A DNA stretch of 64,000 bases from Spirochaetia bacterium (GTDB taxonomy: Bacteria; Spirochaetota; Spirochaetia; SZUA-6; Bin103): the NCBI GenBank assembly GCA_965203055.1, contig OZ241863.1:2185313-2249312 (forward strand), written 5' to 3'. Below, piece after piece: positions 19,924-29,392 of this stretch. The translations under genes were made by a program, and so were the position numbers. Every line of letters begins with the position of its first letter. Position 1 is the stretch's first letter. The notes below the pieces were generated by a model, which was given only the letters and a program-made list of their open reading frames with translations, had not been told where the DNA came from and did not search any database.

Positions 19924-20439
19924 GTGTGCGCCGAGTGCGGGTTCGCCAACGTGACGGAGAGCGCGGAATGCGAAGCCTGCGGCGACAGCCTGTACCGCGC
20001 GCCGCAGGCGGCGCCTCGGCACGCCGAGGACGACCACCTGCTGGCCGACCCGGTGGACGCGCTGGTCTCCGGCAGTCCGGTGTTGGTGGAGGCCGGCGCC
20101 TCGGTCGCCGCCGCCGCCGCGCTGATGCGCGAGTCGCGCCGCGGCTGCGTGCTGGTGGTGGACGCCGGCAAGGTCAGGGGAATCTTTACCGACGGCGACC
20201 TGCTGGAACGGGTGGTCGCCGCCGGCCGGGCGCCGCGCGCGGTGACGGTCGAACAGGTGATGACCCGCGACCCGGTGGTGTTGCGCCACGACGACAGCGT
20301 GGCCGTGGCGATCCACAAGATGGTATTGGGATCGTTTCACCACCTCCCGCTGGTCGACCCCTCCGGGCGCATCTACGCGGTAGTGTCCGAGCACGACGTC
20401 CTCAGGCATCTGCGCCGGGCAATGGAACGCCGGGAATGA
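19924..20439 (+). CDS. CBS-domain protein with N-terminal zinc-ribbon
   Basis: From the GTG at 19924: MCAECGFANVTESAECEACGDSLYR (a CxxC...CxxC ribbon), then a CBS pair (...GCVLVVDAGKVRGIFTDGDLL... and ...HLPLVDPSGRIYAVVSEHDVL...). The ORF's upstream extension would overlap korB. Confidence 0.65.
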   Translation: MCAECGFANVTESAECEACGDSLYRAPQAAPRHAEDDHLLADPVDALVSGSPVLVEAGASVAAAAALMRESRRGCVLVVDAGKVRGIFTDGDLLERVVAAGRAPRAVTVEQVMTRDPVVLRHDDSVAVAIHKMVLGSFHHLPLVDPSGRIYAVVSEHDVLRHLRRAMERRE

Positions 20440-22214
20440 GGCGCGCGCCGACCCGGCCCAACGTCATCCTCATCCTTACCGACGACCAGGGATACGGCGA
20501 TCTCTCCTATACCGGCAACCCGGTGCTGCGCACCCCGGCGCTGGACCGGCTGCAGGCCGAGAGCGCGCGCTTTACCGACTTCCACGTGTGCCCGGTGTGC
20601 ACCCCGACGCGCGGCGAGTTGATGACCGGCCGCGACGCGCTGCGCAACGGCGCCACCTTCGTATGCATGGGCCGCTCGCTGCTGCGCGCCGACCTCCCCA
20701 CCGCGGCCGACCTGTTCGCCGCCAACGGCTACCGCACCGGACACTTCGGCAAGTGGCACCTGGGCGACAACTACCCCTACCGGCCGCAGGACCGCGGCTT
20801 TCAGGAAACGATCTGGCACCCGAGCTGGGGGATCAGCTCGGCCGCGGACTACTACGGCAACGACTACTTCGACGACCGCTACCGGCACCGCGCCGAGCTG
20901 GAGGAGTTTCGCGGCTATTGCACCGACGTGTGGTTCGAGCAGGCCGGCGCCTGGATGCGGCGCTGCCGGCGCAGCGGCGACCCGTTCTTCGCCTACCTGG
21001 CCACCAACGCGCCGCACGGTCCGCTGTGGGTTCCCGACCACTATCGCGCGCCCTACCGGGACGCGGTCGCGCGCGGCGAGGTGACCGCGAACCACGCCAG
21101 CTTCTTCGCCATGATCGCCTGCATCGACGAGAACCTGGCGCGCCTGGACTGGTTCCTGCACCAGCACGACCTGTACGACGACACCATCCTGATCTTCCTG
21201 ACCGACAACGGCACCGCCTCCGGCGAGGCGGTGCACAACGCCGGGATGCGCGGCAAGAAGGCCTCGCTGTACGACGGCGGCCATCGGGTGCCCTGTCTGC
21301 TGCGCTGGCCGGCCGGCGGCATCGGCGGGCAGGGCGGCGGCCCGCGCCCGGCCCCGGCCGCCGGGCGCGCCACCACCGCCCGCGACGTGTCCGGCGTGGC
21401 GCGCGCCACCGATCTGCTGCCGACGCTGATCGACCTGTGCCAACTGCGCGTCGATCCCGGCGTGGAGTTCGACGGCGTGTCGCTGGCGGGCGCGGCGCGC
21501 GGCACCGAGGCAGCGCTGCCGGAGCGTATGACGGTGGTGCAGTACGGGCACCCCAACGAGCAGCCGGAGTTCGGCAAGAGCGGCAAGTACGCCGCCGCGG
21601 TGCTGTGGGGCCGCTGGCGGCTGGTGCACGGCGGCGAGCTGTACGACATCGCCGCCGACCCCGGGCAGGCGCGCGACGTCGCCGCCCAACACCCGGAGGT
21701 GGCGGCGCGCATGCGCGCTCACTACGAGGCGTGGTGGGCCGGAGTGGAGGGCAACCTGGAACGCTACCAGCCGCTCACCATCGGCGCCGCGGAGGAGAAT
21801 CCGATGCGGCTGTGCAGCGCCGACTGGGCCTGGGCCTACGCCGACAACCAGCGCGACATACGCACCCCCATGACCGGCAGCGGCACTTGGCACGTGCAGG
21901 CCGCGCGGGACGGCGCCTACTCCTTTACCCTGCGCCGCTGGCCGCAGGAGTCGGGCTTGGCCATCGCCGGGCCGGCGCCGCCGTGGCGCGGCGTGGACGG
22001 CGGCTGGCCGGCCGGCAACGCGCTGCCGGCGGCCTCGGCCTGGCTGCGCGCCGGCCCGGCCGAGGAGACCCTGCCGGTGCCGGACGGCGCCGCCGAAGTG
22101 ACCTTCCGGCTCCCCCTGGAACGCGGCCCGGCGCAGATCAGGAGCTGGTGGCTGGACGCCGCCGGCAACCACCTGGCCGGCGCCTTCTACCTCACCGCCG
22201 AACGGCTGACCTGA
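20436..22214 (+). CDS. Formylglycine-dependent sulfatase (arylsulfatase family)
   Basis: NVILILTDDQGYGDLSYTGNP...CPVCTPTRGELMTGR (the C-x-P-x-R FGly motif), ...GKWHLG.... ATG overlaps the stop of the preceding CBS gene. 592 aa. Confidence 0.85.
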   Translation: MRRAPTRPNVILILTDDQGYGDLSYTGNPVLRTPALDRLQAESARFTDFHVCPVCTPTRGELMTGRDALRNGATFVCMGRSLLRADLPTAADLFAANGYRTGHFGKWHLGDNYPYRPQDRGFQETIWHPSWGISSAADYYGNDYFDDRYRHRAELEEFRGYCTDVWFEQAGAWMRRCRRSGDPFFAYLATNAPHGPLWVPDHYRAPYRDAVARGEVTANHASFFAMIACIDENLARLDWFLHQHDLYDDTILIFLTDNGTASGEAVHNAGMRGKKASLYDGGHRVPCLLRWPAGGIGGQGGGPRPAPAAGRATTARDVSGVARATDLLPTLIDLCQLRVDPGVEFDGVSLAGAARGTEAALPERMTVVQYGHPNEQPEFGKSGKYAAAVLWGRWRLVHGGELYDIAADPGQARDVAAQHPEVAARMRAHYEAWWAGVEGNLERYQPLTIGAAEENPMRLCSADWAWAYADNQRDIRTPMTGSGTWHVQAARDGAYSFTLRRWPQESGLAIAGPAPPWRGVDGGWPAGNALPAASAWLRAGPAEETLPVPDGAAEVTFRLPLERGPAQIRSWWLDAAGNHLAGAFYLTAERLT

Positions 22215-22227
22215 GTTCCCGGCGCGC

Positions 22228-22245
22228 GCGGGCGGCGGCGCCCGC
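22228..22245. terminator. GC-rich hairpin between convergent genes (candidate bidirectional terminator)
   Basis: GCGGGCG-GCGG-CGCCCGC: a 7-bp perfect stem with a 4-nt loop, in the 52-nt gap between the sulfatase (+) and enolase-family (-) 3' ends. No U-tract, but these are often weak or absent in high-GC genomes. Confidence 0.35.
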
Positions 22246-22266
22246 TGCTCTGCCGCCCTGCCCGCG

Positions 22267-23430
22267 CTACCAGTTGGTAAAGGCGCCGTCGTCGCGGGAC
22301 AGCCGCGGCGGCCACTCCTGCGGGCGGAAGCGGGCGCGCTCGGCCGCCTCCAGGTCCAGGTCGACGCCGAGCCCCGGCGCGTCCGGGCAGTAGGCGAAGC
22401 CGTCCTCCCAGCCGATCTGCTGCGGAAACAGCTCGGTGGCGAAGGTGCCGGGGCGGCGCGGCATCTCCTGCACGCCGACGTTGGCCGCGGCCATGCACAG
22501 GGACACGCAGGCCGCGGCGCTCACCGGGCCGAGCGGATTGTGCGGCGCGATGTCGATGTAGTGGGTCTCCGCCCAGTGGGTGATCTTGAGCGCTTCGGTG
22601 ATTCCGCCGGCGATGCACAGGTCGATCCGGGCGTAGTCGATCAGCTCCTCCTCGATCACCTCGCGGAACGGCCACTTCGACGCCCACTGCTCGCCGGCGG
22701 CCAGCGGCAGCGAGACGTGGCGCGCCAGCTTGCGATAGCTGGCCGGGTTCTCCGAACGGATCGGATCCTCGATGAAGAAGGGTCGGAACTCCTCCAGCCA
22801 GCGGCACATCTGGATGACGTGCGGCGGCTCCAGCCGGGTGTGCACGTCGAAGCAGAGCTCGATCTCCGGCCCCACCGCGGCGCGCACCGCGCGCATCTGC
22901 TCGACGGCAAGGGCGATCGAGCGGCGCGGCTCCAGCGCCGCGCCGCCGGCCGCCTCGAACCGGCCCGAGGTCTCCGGCTGCCCCCAGCGCACGAACCGCC
23001 AGCCTTCGGCTGCCAGACCTTCGGCGTGCTCCACCAGCTCCCGGATGGTGGCGCCCTGAGCGTGGGGATAGCACACCACCTTGGGCCGCACCGGCCCGCC
23101 GAGCAGCTTGTACACCGGCAGGCCCGCGGCCTTGCCCTTGATGTCCCACAGCGCGATGTCGATCGCGCTCAAGGCGCAGGCGTACACCTTGTCGGCCGGG
23201 AAGAACCCGGCGCGGAACATCAACTGCCACAGCCGCTCCGTCTGCCACGGGTCGGCGCCGAGCACCAACTCGCCGAGGTGCTCCACCGCGCGGGCGATGG
23301 CCAGGCCCCAGTTGCGGATGCCGACCTCCCCCAGCCCGTGGATGCCGGCGTCGGTATCGACCCGGACGATGAAGTAGCCGCGGCCCTCCTCGTCCCGTAC
23401 CGGCAGGCTGGTGATTCGCGTCACTTTCAT
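22267..23430 (-). CDS. Enolase-superfamily enzyme (mandelate racemase/muconate lactonizing enzyme family; sugar-acid dehydratase-like)
   Basis: 388 aa from the ATG at 23430, preceded by GGGAGGAGG. ...GLGEVG..., ...DIALWDIKGK..., ...ELCFDVH..., ...FFIEDP..., ...IDLCIAGGITE... metal-binding and catalytic motifs typical of the MR/MLE family. The 683-aa ORF's 5' extension is a low-complexity artefact. Confidence 0.8.
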   Translation of the reverse strand: MKVTRITSLPVRDEEGRGYFIVRVDTDAGIHGLGEVGIRNWGLAIARAVEHLGELVLGADPWQTERLWQLMFRAGFFPADKVYACALSAIDIALWDIKGKAAGLPVYKLLGGPVRPKVVCYPHAQGATIRELVEHAEGLAAEGWRFVRWGQPETSGRFEAAGGAALEPRRSIALAVEQMRAVRAAVGPEIELCFDVHTRLEPPHVIQMCRWLEEFRPFFIEDPIRSENPASYRKLARHVSLPLAAGEQWASKWPFREVIEEELIDYARIDLCIAGGITEALKITHWAETHYIDIAPHNPLGPVSAAACVSLCMAAANVGVQEMPRRPGTFATELFPQQIGWEDGFAYCPDAPGLGVDLDLEAAERARFRPQEWPPRLSRDDGAFTNW

Positions 23431-24413
23431 TTCGTGGCCTCCTCCCGGCCCTCGTCCAGGCCGTGCTTGCGGCGGTAGGCGGGAATCTCGATCATCGGCG
23501 GGCGCTCCAGCTCGTTGATCTCGTGGGCCACCACCTCGTAGCGGCCCTGATCGACCATGAACTGGTGGAGGATGGTGTTCAGCTCCGGCAGCTCGCTGAC
23601 GATCTCCAGGGAGTCGATCCGCTTCAGAAAGGTCTGCAGGATGCGGAACGCCATGCGCCCCAGCGCCTCGGTCGGTTGATTGGTGTGCACGCGGCGGTCC
23701 AGGTCGGTCTGCGCGAAGGCGCCCATGCCCCAGCGGTGGTACACGTCGATGATGTGGGAGGTTTCCACGCCGTAGCCGATCGGGAACGGAATCTGCTCCA
23801 GCACCTTGCGCCGCACCGCGTATTCTCCCGACAGCGGCTGGATCAGCGCCGACAGCTCCGGGAAGAACAGCGCGAACAGGGGCCGGACCAGAATCTCGGT
23901 GACGCGCCCGCCGCCGGTGGGGCGCAGCCCGGCCGACTCCGCCAGCGGCCGGTCGTAGAACCCCTTGACGTAGGACACTTCCGGCATGTTCAGCAGCGGC
24001 CCCACCAAGCCGTACACGAAGCGCGGGTGGATGTTGCTGATGTCGGCATCGACGTAGACGATCACGTCGCCGGTCAACTGGTAGATCGCCTTCCACAGGT
24101 TCTCGCCCTTGCCGCGGTGATTGCCGCACTCCGGCAGTATCTCGGCCGCCGGGTAGACGTCGGCGCCGAAGGCGCGCGCCACTTCCGGGGTGGCGTCGTC
24201 GGAGCCGGAGTCGATCACCGCAATCTCGTCCAGCAGCCGGTAGCGGTCCATCAGCTCCGACTTGAGCACCACGATCTCCTTGCCGATCGTGCGCTCCTCG
24301 TTGAGGGTGGGGATGCACAGCGAGATGGTCACCCCCGCCTCCCGCTTGCGCCGCTCCAGCTCGCCGATGTCGAACTGGGCGTGGTGGAAGGTGTTGCTCG
24401 TCAACCAGCTCAT
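23427..24413 (-). CDS. gpgS: Glucosyl-3-phosphoglycerate synthase (GT81 family)
   Basis: From the ATG at 24413: MSWLTSNTFHH..., ...ISLCIPTLNEERTIGKEIVVL..., ...VYVDADISN..., ...GGGRVTEILVRPLFALFFPELSALIQPLSGEYAVRRKVLEQIPFPIGYGVETSHIIDVY... closely follows the GpgS family (mycobacterial-type) pattern. ATGA overlap with the upstream peptidase gene. Confidence 0.8.
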   Translation of the reverse strand: MSWLTSNTFHHAQFDIGELERRKREAGVTISLCIPTLNEERTIGKEIVVLKSELMDRYRLLDEIAVIDSGSDDATPEVARAFGADVYPAAEILPECGNHRGKGENLWKAIYQLTGDVIVYVDADISNIHPRFVYGLVGPLLNMPEVSYVKGFYDRPLAESAGLRPTGGGRVTEILVRPLFALFFPELSALIQPLSGEYAVRRKVLEQIPFPIGYGVETSHIIDVYHRWGMGAFAQTDLDRRVHTNQPTEALGRMAFRILQTFLKRIDSLEIVSELPELNTILHQFMVDQGRYEVVAHEINELERPPMIEIPAYRRKHGLDEGREEATK

Positions 24414-25590
24414 TCGCAGTAACCGCCGTCCATGGCCAGCATGATGCCCAGGAGTTGGGCCAGACCGGTGTAGATCGGGGCGATGCGCACCGCCTCGTTG
24501 CGCCGCCCCAGGGCCTCGCCGGAGGTGAGCCCCACGGTGACCGCGGGCACGCGGTGGTCGATGAAGGCCGACAGCTCGGAGGTGCTCGGCGACAGCCGCG
24601 GGGCCAGCGCGAGACTCTGCATCAGCCGGCGGGTACGGCGCACCAGCGGGTGAGTAAAGGCGATGCCGCCGGGGCGGCGGCGCGCGAAGACGTTCATCCT
24701 GATGTCCGCTCCGGTCTGCGACGAGACTTCCTCGATGATGTAGGAGATGTCCTGCAGCAGTTGGCGCACGGTGGCGCCCGACTCGCTGCGCACCTCGAAC
24801 TGCAGCGCGGCGCGGTTGGCCACCGTGCTCGCCGAGGTGCCGCCCTCGATGCGCCCCAGCACGATGGTGGTGCGCGGCCGGTCCGGCGTGGGAATCTCCA
24901 GCATGCGGCTGATGATGTCGTTGAGCGTGGAGATGGCGCCGCCGGCTCCGAACCGGGTCCAGTCGTACTCCTCCGGCACCTCGCAGGCGATCTCCCCGCG
25001 AATCATGCCGATCGAGGTGTAGCTGAGGCGGCCGAGCTGCACGCCCTCGACGCACAGTCCAAACTGCAGCGGCAGCTTGGCGTGATCGAGGAAGAACCGC
25101 ATCCCGGCCAGGTTGCCGCGGCCCAGGCCGCGGCTGCAGGCCAGCCCGAAGACGGTGGAGCGCAGGGTCAGTCCGAGCCGCTCCAGCACCGTGGGCAGCG
25201 CCGTGACCACCGCCACCCCCAGGGCGTTGTCCGCCACCGAGGGGCCGATCACGTAGTCCGGCTGCACCATCACCGTATGATCGACGGTAGCGGCCACCGG
25301 GGTGTCGAGGTGCGCCACCAGCAGGATGTTGCGGTCGGCGCTGGTGTCGCCGCCGCGCAGCACCCCGGCGACGTTGCCCACCTCATCCATGGAGCAGTCG
25401 GAGTACCCCAGCTCGGCGAACCGTTCCTGCACGAACGCGCCGCGCGCGCCCTCGTCGAACGTAGGCGCCGGGATCTCGGCGATCATCGCCAGGTTGGCCA
25501 GCAGCACGTCCTGCAGCGCCAGCAGCGCCTGCGGCAGGTCGCCGATGCGCTTGACGATGCTCTCGAATCCGGTAACAGACCTTTCGTTCA
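24410..25590 (-). CDS. M20-family metallopeptidase / deacylase (ArgE/DapE-like)
   Basis: ...IPAPTFDEGARGAFVQERFAELGY... N-terminal signature, ...LLVAHLDTP... metal-binding His, ...GGTSASTVANRA.... I placed the start at the GTG at 25590 (MNERSVTGFESIVKR...) so as not to overlap the divergent Rpn gene; the ORF as listed runs to 25777. Confidence 0.7.
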
Positions 25591-25706
25591 CGCTGCCCGC
25601 AATGTTATCCGGTGTCCCGCCCTTTGACCACCGGCGCACCGCACCGGGCGCATTTCCGAGGCTTGACGCCCCGAGTAGCGCGCGGCTACGGTCGCCGCGG
25701 GTCGCA

Positions 25707-26750
25707 ATGGCCGACGATAACGCATCCAACCAGCCACAATCTGCCGACCCGCCGCCGATCAGCCAGCGGCACGACAAGTACTTCTACCGCGTGTTCTCCG
25801 ACCCCGAGAACGCCGCCGGCCTGTTGCGCTCCTACCTCCCCCAGGAACTCGCCAGCACGCTGCGGTGGTCCACCCTCACCCACCGGCCCAGCCGCTTCGT
25901 CAGTGACGACTGGCGCAGCCGCGAGGCCGATCTGCTGTTCTCCGTCGAACGCGAGCTCTCCGGCCCGCCGGTGCTCGTCCTGGTGCTGCTCGAACATCAG
26001 TCCACGCCCGACCGCTGGATGCGGCTGCGGCTGCTGCATTACTGCCTGATGGCCTGGATGCAGTGGCACCGCGAGCACGAGCAGGAGCCGCAGTTGCCGC
26101 TCATCGTGCCGGTGGTATTCTATCAGGGAGCCGAACCGTGGCGTTTCCCGCGGCAGTTCGCGGAGTTGGTTGCCGGCGCGGAGTCCGACCCGGGTTGGGT
26201 GCCGCAGTTCGAGCACCTGCTGATCGACCAGACCGAGCAGAACCCGGAGTCGGTGGAGGGGACGCTGGTCGTGCGGCTGGCGCAGCTCGCGTTGATGACC
26301 GAGTACCGTCGCGCGGGCCGGGAGGAGTTGCTCAACCAATTGGTACAGTTGGTGGAGATGCTGCATCAGGACACAGGGATCGAAGGGGTGGCGCTGCACG
26401 TGGAGTACGTGCTGCTGGCGCTGAAGTCGAATGAGCAGCAGCAGGCGTTCGAGGAGGCGTTGCGACGGACCGTGTCGGGCCAAGGAGGAGAGGTAATGAC
26501 CTACGTGCACAAGATGATCGACGAGGGCATCCGAGAGGGCATCCGAGAGGCCCGCCGGGAGGCCCGCCGAGAGGCCCGCCGGGAGGCCCGCCGGGAGGGC
26601 GAACTGAGGGGGCGGTTGCATACCATCCAGGGACTTTTGGGAAGCGAGGTCCCATGGTCGACCATCGAGGCGGCCACCGGCATCGACGAGGCTGCCTTCC
26701 GGCGCCTCAAGCAGCAGCTCGACGACAACGGCGCCGGCCGCGCCGAGTGA
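25707..26750 (+). CDS. Rpn/YhgA-family recombination-promoting nuclease (PD-(D/E)xK transposase-like)
   Basis: From the ATG at 25707: ...HDKYFYRVFSDPENAAGLLRSYLP... and ...ADLLFSVERELSG...VLVLLEHQSTPDRWMRLRLLHYCLMAWMQWHRE... (the Rpn core with its D/E...K motif), then a C-terminal GIREGIREARREARRE repeat region. It sits at the left edge of the lower-GC island. Confidence 0.8.
   Translation: MADDNASNQPQSADPPPISQRHDKYFYRVFSDPENAAGLLRSYLPQELASTLRWSTLTHRPSRFVSDDWRSREADLLFSVERELSGPPVLVLVLLEHQSTPDRWMRLRLLHYCLMAWMQWHREHEQEPQLPLIVPVVFYQGAEPWRFPRQFAELVAGAESDPGWVPQFEHLLIDQTEQNPESVEGTLVVRLAQLALMTEYRRAGREELLNQLVQLVEMLHQDTGIEGVALHVEYVLLALKSNEQQQAFEEALRRTVSGQGGEVMTYVHKMIDEGIREGIREARREARREARREARREGELRGRLHTIQGLLGSEVPWSTIEAATGIDEAAFRRLKQQLDDNGAGRAE
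26523..26600 (+). repeat. Tandem 12-bp coding repeats (gagggcatccga x2; gaggcccgccgg/ga x4) inside the Rpn gene
   Basis: Direct reading of the sequence; encodes EGIREGIREARREARREARREARREG. Confidence 0.8.
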
Positions 26751-26974
26751 GTCCGCCCGGTACCGGACGTCAGGTACCGCACTTGCTTGGACGTTCCGTC
26801 CCGATCCCGAGGGACCGCACCGGCCGCGCCGGCGTCCGCGGCGACCGTGTTCCGTCCCGCGGCGCCATGGCCTGACCCACGGCGGCTGCCGTATCCATCT
26901 CTCGGTGGGCCAAGAAGATAGCGGCGGGCGCCCGGTGTTGGTAACGGCGCGCCGTCGTGGTACACTACGTGTAG

Positions 26975-29392
26975 ATGACCAAGGATCACGTCATGCGGAT
27001 GGACACGATAGGCGACGAAATCGCACAGATCCCGGTCTCCATCAACTACGACATCATCAGCCTGTTCTCCGAGGGGTTGTACAAGAGTCCGCACAAGGCC
27101 GTAGAGGAACTCGTAAGCAACTCCTATGACGCCGAGGCAGGGCGAGTCCACGTACTGTTGCCGGAAGCGGGAGACGGGACAGGCCCGCGCGATCCGCTGT
27201 GGGTAATCGACGACGGTCACGGGATGAACGAGGATGGATTTCGGCAGCTCTGGCGAGTTGCCGATTCTACCAAGAACCTACCTTCAGCACCGGGCAAAAG
27301 AGCCCCGATCGGACAATTCGGAATTGGTAAGCTGGCGTCCTACGTCCTCGCCTGGGAATTGACCCACATCAGCTGCGTAGCTGGCCGTCTGTTGTTGACC
27401 GTCATGGACTTTCACAAGTGTACCGGGCGGCGACAATATGATAACGCAAGTCCAGTCGAGATCACGTTGCGCGATGTGGATGAGGCAACGGCTCGGTCTC
27501 ACCTGCACGAGATCGCCAAGCGAGACCCGTCTGCGTGGGACATGATGTTCGGCAAGAACCGATCTTCGAGTTGGACCGCCGCCGGCTTGTCCGATTTCAA
27601 GGAGCTGTACAGCAAGCTGGTAGCCGGTACGCTGCGTTGGGTCCTGAGCACGGGACTTCCACTTCACTCGGACTTCGAGGTGCGCCTGAACGGAGACCGG
27701 GTTACGTCGAGCAAGGAAGCCAGGAATCCAATCAAGCGTATCGAGATCAACGACAGCCTGCCTGGTATTGGAAAAATAGAGGGCGCTGCGAGCATCTGGG
27801 GAAATCAATTGACTACTGGCAAATCGGAACAATTTGGCCGTAGTCATGGTTTCTTCGTGCGCGTCCGCAGGCGTGTCATCAACCTGGAAGATGAATTGTT
27901 CGGTATCGAGGCCGTCAACCACGCTGCTTGGTCCCGATTCGCTCTGGTGGTTCATGCCGAAGGGTTGCGTGACTACCTGCTCTCCTCACGCGAAGGAGTC
28001 CGAGATTGCGACCATATTCAGGCGTTTCGCGAGTTCCTCTTGAAGAAATTCAACGATTGTAGATCAGCCTATGAAGAGTGGGATCGTCGCACGAATGAAC
28101 CACTGGAAATGACCTCTCTGTCGGATGGCCATAGTATTCATATCACAGAACCGTTGGTGCGAAGCGTGCGCAACACCGTAGAAGCGGGTGAAGATTCCTT
28201 CTACATCGAAGTTCCGAGTAATGTGGACATAGATGGGCGTCATAAGTGGCTTGATAAGTACGAGAACGAGGTCTCGGAAAGACCGATAGACAAGAGAATC
28301 TTCGAGCGCCAAGGGCCGAATGCCCCCGCACTGCGCTATGATCCAGGCTTGCGCCGTCTGGTCGTGAATCTCGACCATCCGTTCGTCGATAAACTCACGG
28401 CGGGCGGAAAGCGCCGGAATCCGGCCAAGCTCTTCGCGGCGTCCGAAGTCTTCCTGGAAGGACAACTCCAGGTACAGGGCGTTTCCCCGCTTACCATCAA
28501 CAATTTTCTACGGGACCGGGACCGGATATTGAGGTTGACGGCCGGCGATGCTCCTCCTACAGCCGCGGAGGTGGTGCGTCGTCTGGCCGCCGCCCGTAAT
28601 GACTCTCTCGATCTCGAACGGGCGGTCGGTGCGGTCTTCCGTTTACTGGGTTTCGAGTACGAACGGAAGGGGGGGAACAAATCGGGGCCGGACGGGATAT
28701 TATATGCCCGTCTTGGGCGCCGCAAACGTGAGTCGGCAAACTTCAGCGTCGTTTACGACGCGAAGCAGACCAACCATCCGTCAGTACCGGCCGACAAGCT
28801 AGACTTTGCCAGTCTCGAAGACTTCAGAACGCAAGAACATGCCGATTATGGCTTCTTCATCGCCAACGCCTATGCAGCGGAGATGGCGCCCGATGGGGCA
28901 CTCAATCGACGGATTTCACAGGTCGGTGAGAGCCTTACGTTGCTCAAGGTCGAGCATCTACAACGGTTGGTATGGCTGCATTATCACCAGGGAATAACGC
29001 TCACCGTACTTCGTACCCTGTTCGAGAGGGCGCGCACGGTGCCAGATGTGAACTCCTGGATCGATGATCTGAAGAAGACACTGGATGAGCAAGGGGAGGT
29101 TCCGGTGCGAGTTCTTCTCGAAGGCCTCGAACGGGAGAGGAAGGACGACAATAAGGCTATTCCGAACATCGTTGCCGTTCGAGCAAAGCTCCAGTTATTG
29201 CAGCAGTTCGAGCCGGAACGCCTCATCGCGCGATTGAAAGCAGCGGAAAATATCATTGGCAACCGCTGGATCGAGGTAGATGATTCCGGTGAAGTCATCA
29301 TGCACCACACCGCGGAGCAGATCCTCTCGGAGCTGGAGCGTAACATTGCCGGTCTCATGCCCGAGGCGGAACAGATTCCCGAGACGACCTGA
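26975..29392 (+). CDS. MORC-like GHKL ATPase fused to a C-terminal Mrr-like PD-(D/E)xK endonuclease-like domain
   Basis: 805 aa. GHKL N-box ELVSNSYDAEA, G1 box VIDDGHGM, G2 box GQFGIGKLASYV. Near residues 560-610: ...AVFRLLGFEYERKGGNKSGPDGILYA...ANFSVVYDAKQT... (D...D-x-K) resembles the Mrr catalytic-domain pattern. Codon usage and GC are lower than in flanking core genes. Confidence 0.7.
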   Translation: MTKDHVMRMDTIGDEIAQIPVSINYDIISLFSEGLYKSPHKAVEELVSNSYDAEAGRVHVLLPEAGDGTGPRDPLWVIDDGHGMNEDGFRQLWRVADSTKNLPSAPGKRAPIGQFGIGKLASYVLAWELTHISCVAGRLLLTVMDFHKCTGRRQYDNASPVEITLRDVDEATARSHLHEIAKRDPSAWDMMFGKNRSSSWTAAGLSDFKELYSKLVAGTLRWVLSTGLPLHSDFEVRLNGDRVTSSKEARNPIKRIEINDSLPGIGKIEGAASIWGNQLTTGKSEQFGRSHGFFVRVRRRVINLEDELFGIEAVNHAAWSRFALVVHAEGLRDYLLSSREGVRDCDHIQAFREFLLKKFNDCRSAYEEWDRRTNEPLEMTSLSDGHSIHITEPLVRSVRNTVEAGEDSFYIEVPSNVDIDGRHKWLDKYENEVSERPIDKRIFERQGPNAPALRYDPGLRRLVVNLDHPFVDKLTAGGKRRNPAKLFAASEVFLEGQLQVQGVSPLTINNFLRDRDRILRLTAGDAPPTAAEVVRRLAAARNDSLDLERAVGAVFRLLGFEYERKGGNKSGPDGILYARLGRRKRESANFSVVYDAKQTNHPSVPADKLDFASLEDFRTQEHADYGFFIANAYAAEMAPDGALNRRISQVGESLTLLKVEHLQRLVWLHYHQGITLTVLRTLFERARTVPDVNSWIDDLKKTLDEQGEVPVRVLLEGLERERKDDNKAIPNIVAVRAKLQLLQQFEPERLIARLKAAENIIGNRWIEVDDSGEVIMHHTAEQILSELERNIAGLMPEAEQIPETT

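Noticed and set aside
20373-22172. 599-aa - ORF antisense to the sulfatase
   Set aside because: The sulfatase on + has a CxPxR active-site motif and full-length family similarity; the antisense product is low-complexity.
19926-22214. 762-aa + ORF beginning inside the CBS-ZnR gene
   Set aside because: Only the portion from the ATG at 20436 (sulfatase) is protein-like. The upstream 170 codons are an alternative frame of the CBS gene (RRG-rich).
22187-24318. 353-aa and 683-aa - ORF 5' extensions upstream of the enolase-family gene
   Set aside because: The true start is the ATG at 23430 with a strong GGGAGGAGG RBS. The extension would overlap gpgS and is RG-rich.
26751-26974. Possible palindromic operator (tacactacgtgtag) upstream of the GHKL gene
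   Set aside because: Not a true inverted repeat on careful reading (ctacgtgtag versus its complement ctacacgtag); only an ACGT core is palindromic.
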